Below are positions 8,566 to 20,273 of a DNA stretch of 64,000 nt, in pieces. Source of the DNA: a virus (lineage: Duplodnaviria; Caudoviricetes); IMG/VR virus record IMGVR_UViG_3300028797_000093. One strand, written 5' to 3'. The stretch's first letter is position 1, and every line of letters begins with the position of its first letter. The position numbers and the translations under genes were made by a program. The notes below the pieces were generated by a model, which was given only the letters and a program-made list of their open reading frames with translations, did no database searches and was not told the DNA's origin.

Positions 8566-10971
8566 TTAAGTATTATAAACAGTAACTTGAAGTATAGGAA
8601 GCTTCTTCTTAAAAATCTTAATACCAGGACTAATAGAACTTCCATAAGGAATCTCTCTTACAGGAACATCTACTGTCTCTTCTGTATTAACAACTCTAAG
8701 AACTTCTCTATCATTATTATTAATAGCTAGAATAGTTTTGATCTTATCATCTTTTCCAAGCTTAATTACATTAAACCCATTTTTTGCTCTCTTATCTCTA
8801 GGAAGAGCATCTATAGGAACTCTATTAATCTTATTACCGTCTGTAATAACTACTATATCTTTAGTAATAGGACTTATAATAGCTATACCGTCTATCTTAT
8901 CTGTATTCATTGATTTCATACCCCTACTATTTCTCTTCTGAGTAGGAATATCATTAATACTGAGTCTTATAGCTTTATGATCAGAATAGATAATAGTGTC
9001 TACTCCAGCTGAAGATAGAAATACACGCTCTACTCTATCATTTTGATCTACCTTAGAATATACAAGTCCAGATCCAGTAATATTAAGTAATTCTGTTAAT
9101 AGAATCTTCTTTACCATACCAGTTTTTGTAATTACTATGATATAAGTAGACTCATTAGTCTGATTTTGTTTATCTAGTACTCTAATATTCTCTTCAGATT
9201 GTACACCAACAATAGTAGAGATCATTCCTTTAGCAAGAATCTTCACATCAATACCATCATTAGCTTTATCAGATAGAGGAATATTGTTTACTGGAATCTT
9301 ATAAGCTTTACCAATATCATCAAATAGAATTAGATTATCTCTATTATCAATCTTAATAAAAGATTTTGCAGATTCGTTTCTATTAAGTTTTACATTAACC
9401 CCTTCAGGGAATTTCTTGATAATATTTTTATCTGTAGTAATAATAGTCATCATACCTGCAGGTACATCATCTGATACTTTATTAGCCCTAATTAGTTTAC
9501 AAGTTCTAGGTGTATTATACTTATTCTTAATATATAAAAGTTCCTCTCTGATCTCTTGATCAATATAAGAGTCATTAGAGAGTTTCTTCATAACTTCTTT
9601 CATTTCACTATTTAATTCTTTAGCTTCTTCTTTATATTTATTTAGATAACCAATAGATAGTTTCTTTGTATTTACATTGATAATATAAGAAGCTTGTAAA
9701 TCAGTGATCTTAAACTTCTTGATCAACCACTCTGTAAGCCCTTCATCATCAATAGTTTTCTGAGACATTATTTTCTTCAATACAGTATCAATTTCTCCAG
9801 ATTCTAGAATCTTAATATAAGCTTCTTTCTCATGAAGTTTAGTCTGAATCTGTTGGAGCATATTAGAATAAATTCTGAACTTTGTCATTCTTCTGAAATC
9901 TATCCAGCTGAGAATATATCCTTTATAAGATAATCTAATAGGTTCCAGTCCATTAAGAACTAAGAAGTTCTCTCTAATTCTATCTTCTAATTTAGTATTC
10001 TTATATAGTACTTCTCTCACATACTCTGCATTACTACCAGGCTTTAGTACTATTACATATCTTAGTTGTTCTTTTCCATTAGGGCCAAGAGAAGATTCAT
10101 CAAAACAGTTCTCTATCTGAACTAACTTCTTCTTGGCTACAAGATTCTCTATATCATCTGTAATACTATTGAGATATAGAAGGTCATGAGTACTCTTAAT
10201 AACAAGAGCTTTCTTACCCTTATAATCTTCAATATCAATTCTAGATCTTATTTTATAATATCCAAATCCAAGATCACACAGAGACTTCCAGTCAGTATCA
10301 TCTACTATATAACACTCTTGACAGTGATCAGGAATAAGAATAATTTCACTATTTGGATTATCCATTAACTGTAGAGTAGCATCAATTACTTCACCAAGAT
10401 TATGAGAACTAATCTCACACTTAGTTCCAACTGCGATACCAAAACATCCATTAACCAACAGAATAGGAACCTTACAAGGAAGATATTCTGGCTCCATATA
10501 TCTTCCATCATAATTCTCGGTATAATCAATACAGTTCTGACTTTTCACTATATCATCTATATAAATATCATAAGCAAATTGTGTTAATCCAGCTTCTGTA
10601 TATCTTTGATTTGAAGCTTCATCAGGACCTCCCTGAGGAGATCCCATATTACCCTGACTCATTATCAAGGGAACTTTACAACTATACCAAGATCCCATAG
10701 TTAACATAGCACTATAAACGCCAGTATCACCATTAGGATGATACTTCTTCATAACGTCTCCTATGACTGCAGAAGACTTAACTTTTCTATCAGGAGATCC
10801 AGGATACACTTTAGTATCCTTATACATACAATAGACTATTCTTCTATTTACACATTTTAACCCATCCCTGATCCCAGGGAGTACTCTTTTATATGTAATA
10901 TAAACTGCATATCTTTGATAATCTGAAATAAAAGTTTCACCAGCATTTTTATTAATTATATTCTCGGCCAT
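8566..10971 (-). CDS. gyrA: Type IIA topoisomerase / DNA gyrase subunit A
   Basis: RDGLK.V.RRI, KSSAVIGDVMKKYHPNGD, catalytic RYTE, P.LLVNG..GIAVG, HNLGEVIDA; beta-pinwheel-like C-terminal repeats. Confidence 0.95.
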   Translation of the reverse strand: MAENIINKNAGETFISDYQRYAVYITYKRVLPGIRDGLKCVNRRIVYCMYKDTKVYPGSPDRKVKSSAVIGDVMKKYHPNGDTGVYSAMLTMGSWYSCKVPLIMSQGNMGSPQGGPDEASNQRYTEAGLTQFAYDIYIDDIVKSQNCIDYTENYDGRYMEPEYLPCKVPILLVNGCFGIAVGTKCEISSHNLGEVIDATLQLMDNPNSEIILIPDHCQECYIVDDTDWKSLCDLGFGYYKIRSRIDIEDYKGKKALVIKSTHDLLYLNSITDDIENLVAKKKLVQIENCFDESSLGPNGKEQLRYVIVLKPGSNAEYVREVLYKNTKLEDRIRENFLVLNGLEPIRLSYKGYILSWIDFRRMTKFRIYSNMLQQIQTKLHEKEAYIKILESGEIDTVLKKIMSQKTIDDEGLTEWLIKKFKITDLQASYIINVNTKKLSIGYLNKYKEEAKELNSEMKEVMKKLSNDSYIDQEIREELLYIKNKYNTPRTCKLIRANKVSDDVPAGMMTIITTDKNIIKKFPEGVNVKLNRNESAKSFIKIDNRDNLILFDDIGKAYKIPVNNIPLSDKANDGIDVKILAKGMISTIVGVQSEENIRVLDKQNQTNESTYIIVITKTGMVKKILLTELLNITGSGLVYSKVDQNDRVERVFLSSAGVDTIIYSDHKAIRLSINDIPTQKRNSRGMKSMNTDKIDGIAIISPITKDIVVITDGNKINRVPIDALPRDKRAKNGFNVIKLGKDDKIKTILAINNNDREVLRVVNTEETVDVPVREIPYGSSISPGIKIFKKKLPILQVTVYNT

Positions 10972-11093
10972 AAAAAGTAACTCCTCTTATTCTCAGATTG
11001 ATTATTTTTAAGTTATTTAAGATATATTATGTAATTAAATATAAATATAAATGGGTGATAGAGCACTAAACTCTATCACCCATATAGTTTGTT

Positions 11094-11726
11094 TTAGCTA
11101 TGAAGAGCAACAGTCAGTACATCAGTAGCAGAAATATTGTCACCAATGGCATGGACATTAGTTACAATAAAACTGTCACCTTCTGCAGCATCACCAGTGA
11201 TGGTAATAGCATAATCAGTAAGATCAACAATCTTATCATTGAGCATCCATACCAGATCTTCGTCAGCAGTAGCTGCAGTGAAGAGCCAGCTTCCACTCTT
11301 GTTTCCAATAGCATCAGCAAAATCCTCATCATCTACAGAGACAGAGACATCAGCAGTCACGATACCAGAGTCGTCTACAGTTACAGTATCACTGGAATCA
11401 CCATAGACGAGCAGAAGCTTGACAAGATTATCAATTTCATCAGGGCGTACTACATCAGGGAGACTATGATAGAAACCCTCATCTAGGCACTGGCAGTACT
11501 GATCAGGGCTACTACCATCAGAGCACTCCACAGAATTAAAAGCTTTATTGCTCAGAGTTGCAGAAGCACCGCTAGAATTACGATAAGTGATATCATACTT
11601 AGTGGCTCCATTAGCAATCAGCTCCATTGGAACCTCTTCACTATAAGCTTTAATGAAAGTTACTTTATATTTTCCATCGGGCTGTTTCCAGCATAGAATC
11701 TTCTGTAGTGGCATAAAAAAAGACAT
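11094..11726 (-). CDS. Hypothetical, probable virion protein
   Basis: 210 aa; C-terminal W...LTDYAITITGDAAEGDSF segment resembles repeats in the adjacent 2509 aa protein; late motif at 11775-11786; terminator 11051-11083. Confidence 0.6.
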   Translation of the reverse strand: MSFFMPLQKILCWKQPDGKYKVTFIKAYSEEVPMELIANGATKYDITYRNSSGASATLSNKAFNSVECSDGSSPDQYCQCLDEGFYHSLPDVVRPDEIDNLVKLLLVYGDSSDTVTVDDSGIVTADVSVSVDDEDFADAIGNKSGSWLFTAATADEDLVWMLNDKIVDLTDYAITITGDAAEGDSFIVTNVHAIGDNISATDVLTVALHS

Positions 11727-11805
11727 ATCAACATTTTCCTTTCTTTAATTACATGATTTAATAGAATTAGACTCTATTTAAATGTTAAAATCAATCTTAT
11801 ATAAA

Positions 11806-14800
11806 CTATTTTACCATCATTAATTCGCTAGAACCATATAATGCATAAACACCCTCACTAATATAGTTCCATTCGGTACCATAATTAGTTGTGGTTAGAT
11901 CAATTTCTTCATCTGGATTATAGATTGCACTCGGAACCCTAATATAAAGTCCAGAATTACAATCTTTAAACCAAGCATTATCTGCTACAGAACATTTGTC
12001 TATAGATGATACAAATCCAAATTCTACATATGACAAACTGGTACATCCACTGAAGATGAGATTACCAAGATTATTAATACCTATCATGGTACTATTAGGA
12101 GCCTGGAATGCAGCATACAATAGATCTACACAGTTTGCGAATGCACTAGATTCTATTTCATTAATATTATTTGGAATATAAATTTCAACCAATCCAGATC
12201 CAGCAAATGTATTTTCTTTTATGGTTGTAAGATCTACATTGGTAGGAATATGAATAGAAGTAAGGGAAGCGCAACCATAGAAAGCTTTCTCTCCAATATA
12301 AGTAATATTATCAGACAACTCAATATATTCAAGAGCTATACATCCACTAAAACATTCTAATCCAAGATTAGTTATGCTGTTAGGAAGTACAACACTAGTG
12401 AGACTTGTACAACCCTCAAACATAGTTTGAGAAATAGATGTTAAACTATTAGAAATTAATATACTTGCAAGAGATGTACATCCTCTAGCTACACTAATAC
12501 CAATAGCCATTACACTATTAGGAATGGTTAGACTAGTGAGATTGACACAATCTTTAAATGCCCCATCCCCAATAGTTAATACTCCCTTATTAATAGATAT
12601 AGTAGTAGCACTACATCCAGAGAATGAATAATCTCCTATATCATATATATTAATACCTAGACTGATACTATTGATACCGTCTAGATTTCTAAATGCATTA
12701 TCTGTTATACCTTTAACAGGATATACTATATTATTTTGTACATCAAAAATTGTATCTGGAATAGTGATAATACCACTTTCAGGAATAGCACTTAAACCAG
12801 ATCCATTAGTACCATCACCAATAAGATAATAAGTTCCGTCATTACTCAGTGTGTAATTCAACTCTGGAGTTGCATATAGTACACTGATAGGAACAGTGAT
12901 AGTATAATCAAAGTAATCACTGTCTCTATAATTAACAATTATTTCTGTAATGTCAGTAGTCAGTAATTCATTAGCATGATTATATGTATAATCAGTTAAG
13001 TATTCAGAACTACCGTCAGTCCAGTGAATCACAATAACCATACCGGCAGGATCAAATTTCTCTGTTGTATAATAGAGAGTTTTATTTGGTGGTTGAACCA
13101 TTTCCATATAAGATACTCTTTCACCATAAGCTGTAACAGTAAAGTTATCAGTAATACTAAAGATAACAACCTGCCCATTTATGTTATTGTAAGAGTATCC
13201 TCTATCTTTCTCTAAAATAACTCCTGTACTATCTATTCTGATAACAATATCTTCAGGAAGAATACTGCCATTTACAGAATAGAGATAGAAGCTATAATCA
13301 GACTCACCAGGATTAATTACAGTCCTGGCATTAGTAGTAAGATTATGAAGATTGTAGGTTCCAAAAATAACGTCAAATCTATAGTCTTGTAGTACAGGAT
13401 ATACATAAGTATTTGTTGTATCATTAGCATATCTTGTATTACTGGTAAGACCTTCAGATTTAGCAGCTATATTATCATGATAAGAGAATGTAGGAGCTGG
13501 ATTTTCATGTGTATTGTAAGGAACCAGAGTATTTTCAATATAGAATTCTCTAATTAATTTTACTGTAGCTTCAATGAATTTATTATTATTTGCAAATGAG
13601 TCGATATCATCCATATTAATAGCATCATAATCGAATACTGTCAGTTTTTGATTAGATGTTGTAGACATATCGTTATACAACCAATATACAAACTCAGACA
13701 TACCAGATCCATAGTTATTAAGAGTAAGACTATCATCTATATAATAACTTGTACCAGTACTTGCATATCTATGTCTGTATGCTAGTTTTTCGATAATATT
13801 CAGTATATCTTCTTTACTCAATCCGACTTTAATTATATATTTCATAAACTCATCATCCGTAATGGTTTCGAGTTCATTAGAATCTATATAAGTGTCAAAT
13901 CTGGACTGTAAAGTTGATGGAATATATTTTACAATAGAAATATTATTATAAGATATAGTTCCAGTATTATTAGGATCTCTAATGGCTAATCTATCAGGAC
14001 CGATTTTTTCAATCCAAGATTGAGGGATCTTCTTTCCATCAGAGAATACCATATACATCTCACTATTGAAAGTATAATGAAGATCTTTTTTAGCTTCATA
14101 AGATATATCAAATATAACTGTACCATCCTGATACTCTGCTCTTTGTTGAAACTCAACAGTTTGCATAGACATAGGAACAAAAAATACAGCTACATAAGCA
14201 CCTTGAGGAATATCAAAAGTAAAGAATATTTTTCTCTTATAATATGGAGCATTGTAATCATTAGGAATACTTACCCTATACTGATCAGATGATATATATC
14301 TATAATCAGTATGTGTATTACCAGATTTATTTGCTATAAATACTAAGTATCTAGAAGAATCATCACAATACTTAAACAAGTCATTGTTATAAATATCCTC
14401 TAGAACTATACTATTCATATCATTATCTATAGCACCATAATCTCCTGTAGGAGCATAATATTGAAATTGATGATACATAAATCTATTATTGGATACGATA
14501 GTAAGATCTGTATCATATAGACTACTATCTTCCAGTTCTATATTTATATATTCTTGATCAAGCACAAGCATAGAATAATCATTGGCTGTAATCCCATCAA
14601 TTAAATTAGGACCACTGATCAATTTCCAACTTGTACTATTATCAGTGCTAGGTTTAATCTCATTAAACAATGCTTCTTCAGCATCATATACGTCTCTAAT
14701 ACAGAGTAGAATTCTATAAGATGATGCATTGACACTTACACCATTTACATATCCATTATTATTCAAATAATAAAAGTCACCCTTAGCAGCAGCTGGTGTG

Positions 14801-17800
14801 TATATAGTCTTTGCCGCATTAGCACCAGGTTTTAAAATACCTCTATATTTGATTCTATTAATATTATATTTTACATTAAATTCCATAGTAATAGGATAAC
14901 CATTCTCTGATTCAGGATATGTAAACTCGTTATCCTGTCTCATTGCTGTAGTATATAGTCTCATATCCTCATTAAATATTGAAGGATCATATTTCTTATA
15001 TTTAACAGTATTAGAAAAACTTGTTGTATACTCACTGTTGTTTATATTATCAAAGAACATAAACTCTATAGGAGCTTTATTATTACTAAATCTATCAAGA
15101 GAAAGCTGATATCTAAAGATATTAGAATCAATATCACTAAATCTATCAAGGTTATTACCAATATAGAAATTCAAGAACATATTTTCAAAATCCAGCATAT
15201 AAGCATATCTGTTTTTAATAGGAATATCTATATAGTAACTTCCACTAATAAGTTTAGCAATATTATTAATAATATAATCTCTATCATATTCAGCAAATCT
15301 CAAATTGCTAGAGAAAGATTGCTTTAGATATTTATCAAAAATAGATTGGTTATTCAAGAGCATCGTACTGAGTTGATACTCATATAACTTATAATTCTTC
15401 AGTATATCAGAAATCTTATCATTATAAGACTCATATGTATCCATATAAGTATCTTCAACGTAAGACTCGTCTGTTTTAAATGCATCATAATAATTAAACT
15501 TATTAATCAATAGATTCAGTATATATCTAGGAATTCCTACTACGTTGCTATATTCAAAGATAATCTTATCATTACCCTTGATATTCCCAACATATTCAGA
15601 TATATCTGCTCCATAAGAATTGAGAATAATCTCTGCTGCTATTTCTTTATTGTAATAAGTACCATCAGGAAATTCCATACAGTTAACATTAGTTTCATAG
15701 ATTGTAACAAATACAGAATCCATCCATGAAGGTTCATTGGTTGTATTAATCTCTGTAATTATGTAATCTCCATCTACTGGAATAGATCCATTGATATCAA
15801 TACCATAATCACTCAGAGAAGATATTGCTTCATTCTGATAATACCATCCATTATCTGATCCGCTATATCTAAAGATATAAGTACCAGAACTACCATCAAA
15901 CTTCTCAGCAAGAAGATCTTCATTGTAAATCTTAGCATTTATAATACTGGTTTGAGTAATAGTAGCTGTTAAACCAATACCATAATCAACTAAATTTATA
16001 TCTTCTGCTGTTGGTTCTTCTGGGTATATATAACCATCATTAAAATCATCACTATTAGTAGGAACAGCTTTATACATGTTCCACTTGAAAACAGGAGGTT
16101 CATAATATACAATAATAGTATCTCCATTTACAGGAGATCCTTCGTATTCTATAGCAAATCCTTCAAGATTAGCATATTCAAAACTAATCTTATATACAAG
16201 ATCATCACTGATATATCTATAAACAGTTACTGTCCAGTTGTGAGAACTAGAATTGTATACAAATTCAATTCTACCAGGATATTCATGATAAGGATTTACA
16301 TTAGTATAGATAAGATAATTATCATATACTACATTAGTAACGCCATCTACAAGTTTAAGCTGTAGATAATCATTCATAACTGTCTTACAATTAATAGCAT
16401 CTGGATCATAAGTATCCTCAATCATCCCAGTAACAGTTTTGGTAAAGGTGATAGAAAGAGTATTACCAACACTACAGATACCATTAAATTTAATACCATA
16501 AACCTCTTCAACATCAACAGCAGAGCCACCAACTGTCCAAGTTGGATAGGTGCTATTTTTAATAGTTATAACAAAACTATCAGTACCACTATAAGTAATA
16601 CCACACTCAGTAAGAGTAGCATATGTGAGAGATTCATTTACAATCCACTGAGAGCTATCTGTATCATATTCAAATTGATAAGTTCCTACTCTATTACCAA
16701 ATGTGTTATAGAGAAGTTCTTCATCACTTACTGTTACTGTAGCTCCAGTATTTACATAAGTAAGAGATCCACCATTAGTACAAACAAAGTTTGTAATGAT
16801 AGAACCACTTGCTATATTATAATCAAAATTTGAAGTATATTTATTTACATTAATCTGAAGATCAACCTCAGAAAGGTTTACTGTGGTTGAAGAATTTGGA
16901 TATACAGAAATCTCTGTATTAGATAGCTGGACATTATTCATCCTGGCTTCATTTATTACAGTAGCATTCTTATCATAAGTAATAGTCATGATACCAGAAT
17001 AGTCCATATATTCTTTATCTAACTGATATACACCAGTCTTACGAACTACTTTCCCTTCAGTTGGATCATAGTATTCATTAGAATATTCTTTTACATAATA
17101 AGATGAAGTACCTACAGTGAAATAATAAGAATCATGCTCAGTATCAGGAAATACTTCTACTGGAATGAGTAGCTTACCATCACTTGCAGTATAGTCTGGA
17201 ATATTAGCTGCAACTGTTGCATATGTATAATCTGTATAAGCTGTATAGTTTATCTTAGCATTATACTGATAACCTTTAAATCCAACCTCTAGTCCAAGAG
17301 GAGAATCTACATCATCTTTCATTAGATCTGCTACAAACTTAGCAGATCTCATTTTAATACTATCAGGATCAATAGTAGACCCTGGTTTGAGTTCAGAGTC
17401 TATAGTAGTATAGCCATATCTATCATTTCTAGGATTATCTACAATATAAGTAAACTTATATTTACCAATAGCAGATCCTAATGTACTATTAACTTTATCT
17501 GTGAATGTATCATCATTAAAAGACATATTTTTTAGAGTAAGATTTTGTCCTACATAATAAGAATAAATAGAATTGAGAGTACCAAGATCTTTAATCTCAA
17601 AAGTTTGATCATTAATAACAGTCTGATTCATAATAGGGAGTTTACCCCTATTCTTATTATAAATATCATAATGATAAATTTTATTATAGAGATTAAAGAA
17701 AGTGCTTTTATTTACAGGAATTTGAGTTTTTGTATTATTAGTAGAATTATAATAATAACAGTTCAACTCATCAAAGTCATACTGATCCATATCCATAGAA

Positions 17801-19335
17801 TATCTAACCAGCAGAGATCCAGAGTTTAACTGTTCAGAAATATAGTTATCATTTATTACCAGTTTATTTGGATTAAGTTCATCGAACTCTAAGCATAGAA
17901 TACCCTCTTTAATAGTATATCCCAGCTGAGTAGCATCAGTTAGATCAAAACTATCAGAAGCTTTTGGATCAAATTCTGCATTAAGAATTCCATCTACAAC
18001 TCTAAGACCTATAGGTCTATTTTCATTAGTGTGAACTTCCTGTTCACCACTATCTACATAATTAACTCCATTGATAGCATAGAAGTTTACCAATGTATCT
18101 GTATAATTCTTTAACCAAGATTGAGAAACAAACTCTAGATTGGTTAAGCTAAGAGCAGCATTGTAATCAAAGAATATTTTAATATGCTGGTCATAGTATG
18201 TGGTACCATTACCAACATAGACTATATTATTGTAGATACGAATAGTATCAGTACAAAGAGTTAGATTAAGTGTATTATTCTCAGTTTTATTGAATACAAT
18301 AATATTTGCTGGGAATATTTTTCTCATTCTATTTAATTTATTGAAGTTAACAACAGTTCTACCAAGAGAACTATAATTTCTTGGATTTCCAGAGTTTACT
18401 TCACAATAGAAGAGATCAGATACTTGATCATACATATCTGTACTACTAACTTCTGCTATATTCTTAATATTAATAGCAGCTTCTATATAAGTAACTTTAG
18501 CATTATCAGATATATTGGAATAGGTCATATAAGATCTTCCATAAGAGTCAAAAGTGAAAATAGTCTTATTCTTATTTGCATTAGAATAATTTACATTCTC
18601 TTCATAGTTGACTTCAAAGGGAAGTATATAAAATACCGGATTGATTTCTCCTGTAATCAATCTAGTTCTTACTTTATCAATAAGATAAGAAGAAGAATTA
18701 TACTTAAGATCTTCCATATTGATATAGATATTAAATTCTTCATAAGAGATAGCAAAATAACATCTAGACCAAGGAATGAAAAATCCATCTACAAATACTA
18801 ATATTGGATAAATAATTTTATCATCAATAATAGCAGTCTTGAATGGGACTAAGTAATTATTAATAACCTCATCAGGTCTGATATAATATTTGTTTCCTAC
18901 AATAGTACCATCAGTACCATCACCTAAAAAATAATAGTAAATACTAGTACCATTATTCTCTACATTAAGGTATCTATTAACTCCAAGAGGTGTTCCATTA
19001 GAAAAAGATGGGGAAGAATAATATTTCTTTACCCCATCTTCATAAACACTATTGCCAGCTTTGACGAATGGCTTACAATAAGTAGAAGACTGCAACTTAT
19101 TGTAAGTATTCACTCTGAGAGGTATGCTAGACAATCTAAAGACTATATCTCGCTTACCATCTATATATTGTGTACCATTATCAGAGAAATAAGTACCAGA
19201 AGTTCCCAGATAAGTATCTAGTCTATAAGGAATTCTACTTTTCTGTACATCCTCTGTAATGCTGTCGGATTTAGTTATGACTTGTTTTACATTGGAGTTA
19301 AAGACCTCAAATTCTGTGGGTCTTCTAGGTTTCAT
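11806..19335 (-). CDS. Giant virion (baseplate/tail-associated) protein with Ig-like domain and C-terminal BspA-type leucine-rich repeats
   Basis: 2509 aa; internal repeats (W...L..YGI..xG....GDxI); PNKTLYYTTEKFDPAGM Ig-like motif; about 8 LRR_5-like units (I...AF.GC.SLTSI.IPNSV). Confidence 0.65.
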   Translation of the reverse strand: MKPRRPTEFEVFNSNVKQVITKSDSITEDVQKSRIPYRLDTYLGTSGTYFSDNGTQYIDGKRDIVFRLSSIPLRVNTYNKLQSSTYCKPFVKAGNSVYEDGVKKYYSSPSFSNGTPLGVNRYLNVENNGTSIYYYFLGDGTDGTIVGNKYYIRPDEVINNYLVPFKTAIIDDKIIYPILVFVDGFFIPWSRCYFAISYEEFNIYINMEDLKYNSSSYLIDKVRTRLITGEINPVFYILPFEVNYEENVNYSNANKNKTIFTFDSYGRSYMTYSNISDNAKVTYIEAAINIKNIAEVSSTDMYDQVSDLFYCEVNSGNPRNYSSLGRTVVNFNKLNRMRKIFPANIIVFNKTENNTLNLTLCTDTIRIYNNIVYVGNGTTYYDQHIKIFFDYNAALSLTNLEFVSQSWLKNYTDTLVNFYAINGVNYVDSGEQEVHTNENRPIGLRVVDGILNAEFDPKASDSFDLTDATQLGYTIKEGILCLEFDELNPNKLVINDNYISEQLNSGSLLVRYSMDMDQYDFDELNCYYYNSTNNTKTQIPVNKSTFFNLYNKIYHYDIYNKNRGKLPIMNQTVINDQTFEIKDLGTLNSIYSYYVGQNLTLKNMSFNDDTFTDKVNSTLGSAIGKYKFTYIVDNPRNDRYGYTTIDSELKPGSTIDPDSIKMRSAKFVADLMKDDVDSPLGLEVGFKGYQYNAKINYTAYTDYTYATVAANIPDYTASDGKLLIPVEVFPDTEHDSYYFTVGTSSYYVKEYSNEYYDPTEGKVVRKTGVYQLDKEYMDYSGIMTITYDKNATVINEARMNNVQLSNTEISVYPNSSTTVNLSEVDLQINVNKYTSNFDYNIASGSIITNFVCTNGGSLTYVNTGATVTVSDEELLYNTFGNRVGTYQFEYDTDSSQWIVNESLTYATLTECGITYSGTDSFVITIKNSTYPTWTVGGSAVDVEEVYGIKFNGICSVGNTLSITFTKTVTGMIEDTYDPDAINCKTVMNDYLQLKLVDGVTNVVYDNYLIYTNVNPYHEYPGRIEFVYNSSSHNWTVTVYRYISDDLVYKISFEYANLEGFAIEYEGSPVNGDTIIVYYEPPVFKWNMYKAVPTNSDDFNDGYIYPEEPTAEDINLVDYGIGLTATITQTSIINAKIYNEDLLAEKFDGSSGTYIFRYSGSDNGWYYQNEAISSLSDYGIDINGSIPVDGDYIITEINTTNEPSWMDSVFVTIYETNVNCMEFPDGTYYNKEIAAEIILNSYGADISEYVGNIKGNDKIIFEYSNVVGIPRYILNLLINKFNYYDAFKTDESYVEDTYMDTYESYNDKISDILKNYKLYEYQLSTMLLNNQSIFDKYLKQSFSSNLRFAEYDRDYIINNIAKLISGSYYIDIPIKNRYAYMLDFENMFLNFYIGNNLDRFSDIDSNIFRYQLSLDRFSNNKAPIEFMFFDNINNSEYTTSFSNTVKYKKYDPSIFNEDMRLYTTAMRQDNEFTYPESENGYPITMEFNVKYNINRIKYRGILKPGANAAKTIYTPAAAKGDFYYLNNNGYVNGVSVNASSYRILLCIRDVYDAEEALFNEIKPSTDNSTSWKLISGPNLIDGITANDYSMLVLDQEYINIELEDSSLYDTDLTIVSNNRFMYHQFQYYAPTGDYGAIDNDMNSIVLEDIYNNDLFKYCDDSSRYLVFIANKSGNTHTDYRYISSDQYRVSIPNDYNAPYYKRKIFFTFDIPQGAYVAVFFVPMSMQTVEFQQRAEYQDGTVIFDISYEAKKDLHYTFNSEMYMVFSDGKKIPQSWIEKIGPDRLAIRDPNNTGTISYNNISIVKYIPSTLQSRFDTYIDSNELETITDDEFMKYIIKVGLSKEDILNIIEKLAYRHRYASTGTSYYIDDSLTLNNYGSGMSEFVYWLYNDMSTTSNQKLTVFDYDAINMDDIDSFANNNKFIEATVKLIREFYIENTLVPYNTHENPAPTFSYHDNIAAKSEGLTSNTRYANDTTNTYVYPVLQDYRFDVIFGTYNLHNLTTNARTVINPGESDYSFYLYSVNGSILPEDIVIRIDSTGVILEKDRGYSYNNINGQVVIFSITDNFTVTAYGERVSYMEMVQPPNKTLYYTTEKFDPAGMVIVIHWTDGSSEYLTDYTYNHANELLTTDITEIIVNYRDSDYFDYTITVPISVLYATPELNYTLSNDGTYYLIGDGTNGSGLSAIPESGIITIPDTIFDVQNNIVYPVKGITDNAFRNLDGINSISLGINIYDIGDYSFSGCSATTISINKGVLTIGDGAFKDCVNLTSLTIPNSVMAIGISVARGCTSLASILISNSLTSISQTMFEGCTSLTSVVLPNSITNLGLECFSGCIALEYIELSDNITYIGEKAFYGCASLTSIHIPTNVDLTTIKENTFAGSGLVEIYIPNNINEIESSAFANCVDLLYAAFQAPNSTMIGINNLGNLIFSGCTSLSYVEFGFVSSIDKCSVADNAWFKDCNSGLYIRVPSAIYNPDEEIDLTTTNYGTEWNYISEGVYALYGSSELMMVK

Positions 19336-20273
19336 ACTACCTCACTTCCAATATCCAGAATTTCCTTGGCGAACATTACCATATTCTTACCAGTGATCTT
19401 CTCGATAGTCTTCTGATTATTAATATAACAACCAACATAAGCATCAAGAATCATAGTGGTAAAGCTTGGGAAATGTTCAAGAGCGAAAACGGTTCCTTCA
19501 CCATAGAGATACATCCACTTCTCTATGATAACGTCAAAGGAGATCTTAGAGATCTTCATTACATTGGCCAGATTCTCACAGAAGAACTTGATATTAACAA
19601 AAGCATCTTCATTGATCTGGAGTTCAATTATATCAGCTTCTCTGTTAGAAATTTCTGCAATCTTACAAGCTAGACCCTTAACACTTTCACTATTAGGATC
19701 TTTACCAGCAATATTGCACATGAAATACATAGAAGCCATATACATGCATTTATTTCTAGCTCCACTGATAGTAGAAATCTTGCACAGATAATCTACTACA
19801 TGAGTGAATAGTTTAGCAAAACAAATTGCTCCTTGTTCCATAATACTATGAGAATTAATGATAATAGAATCATTGATATAATAAATATAGTTTACCATAG
19901 CAGAAGCCAGGTAAGCAATAAGAATGTCAATATCTCTACACTTGATATTACCAGTATTCTTATCTACTGTAAAGATATCAGAGCAATCAATATAGATCTT
20001 CTTATCCTTCTTAGCACCATTCCTAACATCCTTAATACAATTAACTTTAAAAGGTTTAGGAAGTCTTTTACCCATAAGAAGAATAACCTTATCAGACATA
20101 AGAATTTTAGAAAGAGCAGAAGAGATTTGTCTCCTCTTTACATCATGAACAATCTCTTCAAACCCAGGATTTTTCTTATCTACAATTTCACCATTCATAG
20201 CAAAATCAAAAATTGCTTTCTCATATTCTCCATATTTAGAATAGAGATAAGTACCAGCAATTGTTTTAGACAT
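19332..20273 (-). CDS. Hypothetical, probable structural protein
   Basis: 313 aa, GGAGG RBS, 4-bp overlap with the giant gene, late motif at 20315-20326. Confidence 0.7.
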   Translation of the reverse strand: MSKTIAGTYLYSKYGEYEKAIFDFAMNGEIVDKKNPGFEEIVHDVKRRQISSALSKILMSDKVILLMGKRLPKPFKVNCIKDVRNGAKKDKKIYIDCSDIFTVDKNTGNIKCRDIDILIAYLASAMVNYIYYINDSIIINSHSIMEQGAICFAKLFTHVVDYLCKISTISGARNKCMYMASMYFMCNIAGKDPNSESVKGLACKIAEISNREADIIELQINEDAFVNIKFFCENLANVMKISKISFDVIIEKWMYLYGEGTVFALEHFPSFTTMILDAYVGCYINNQKTIEKITGKNMVMFAKEILDIGSEVV

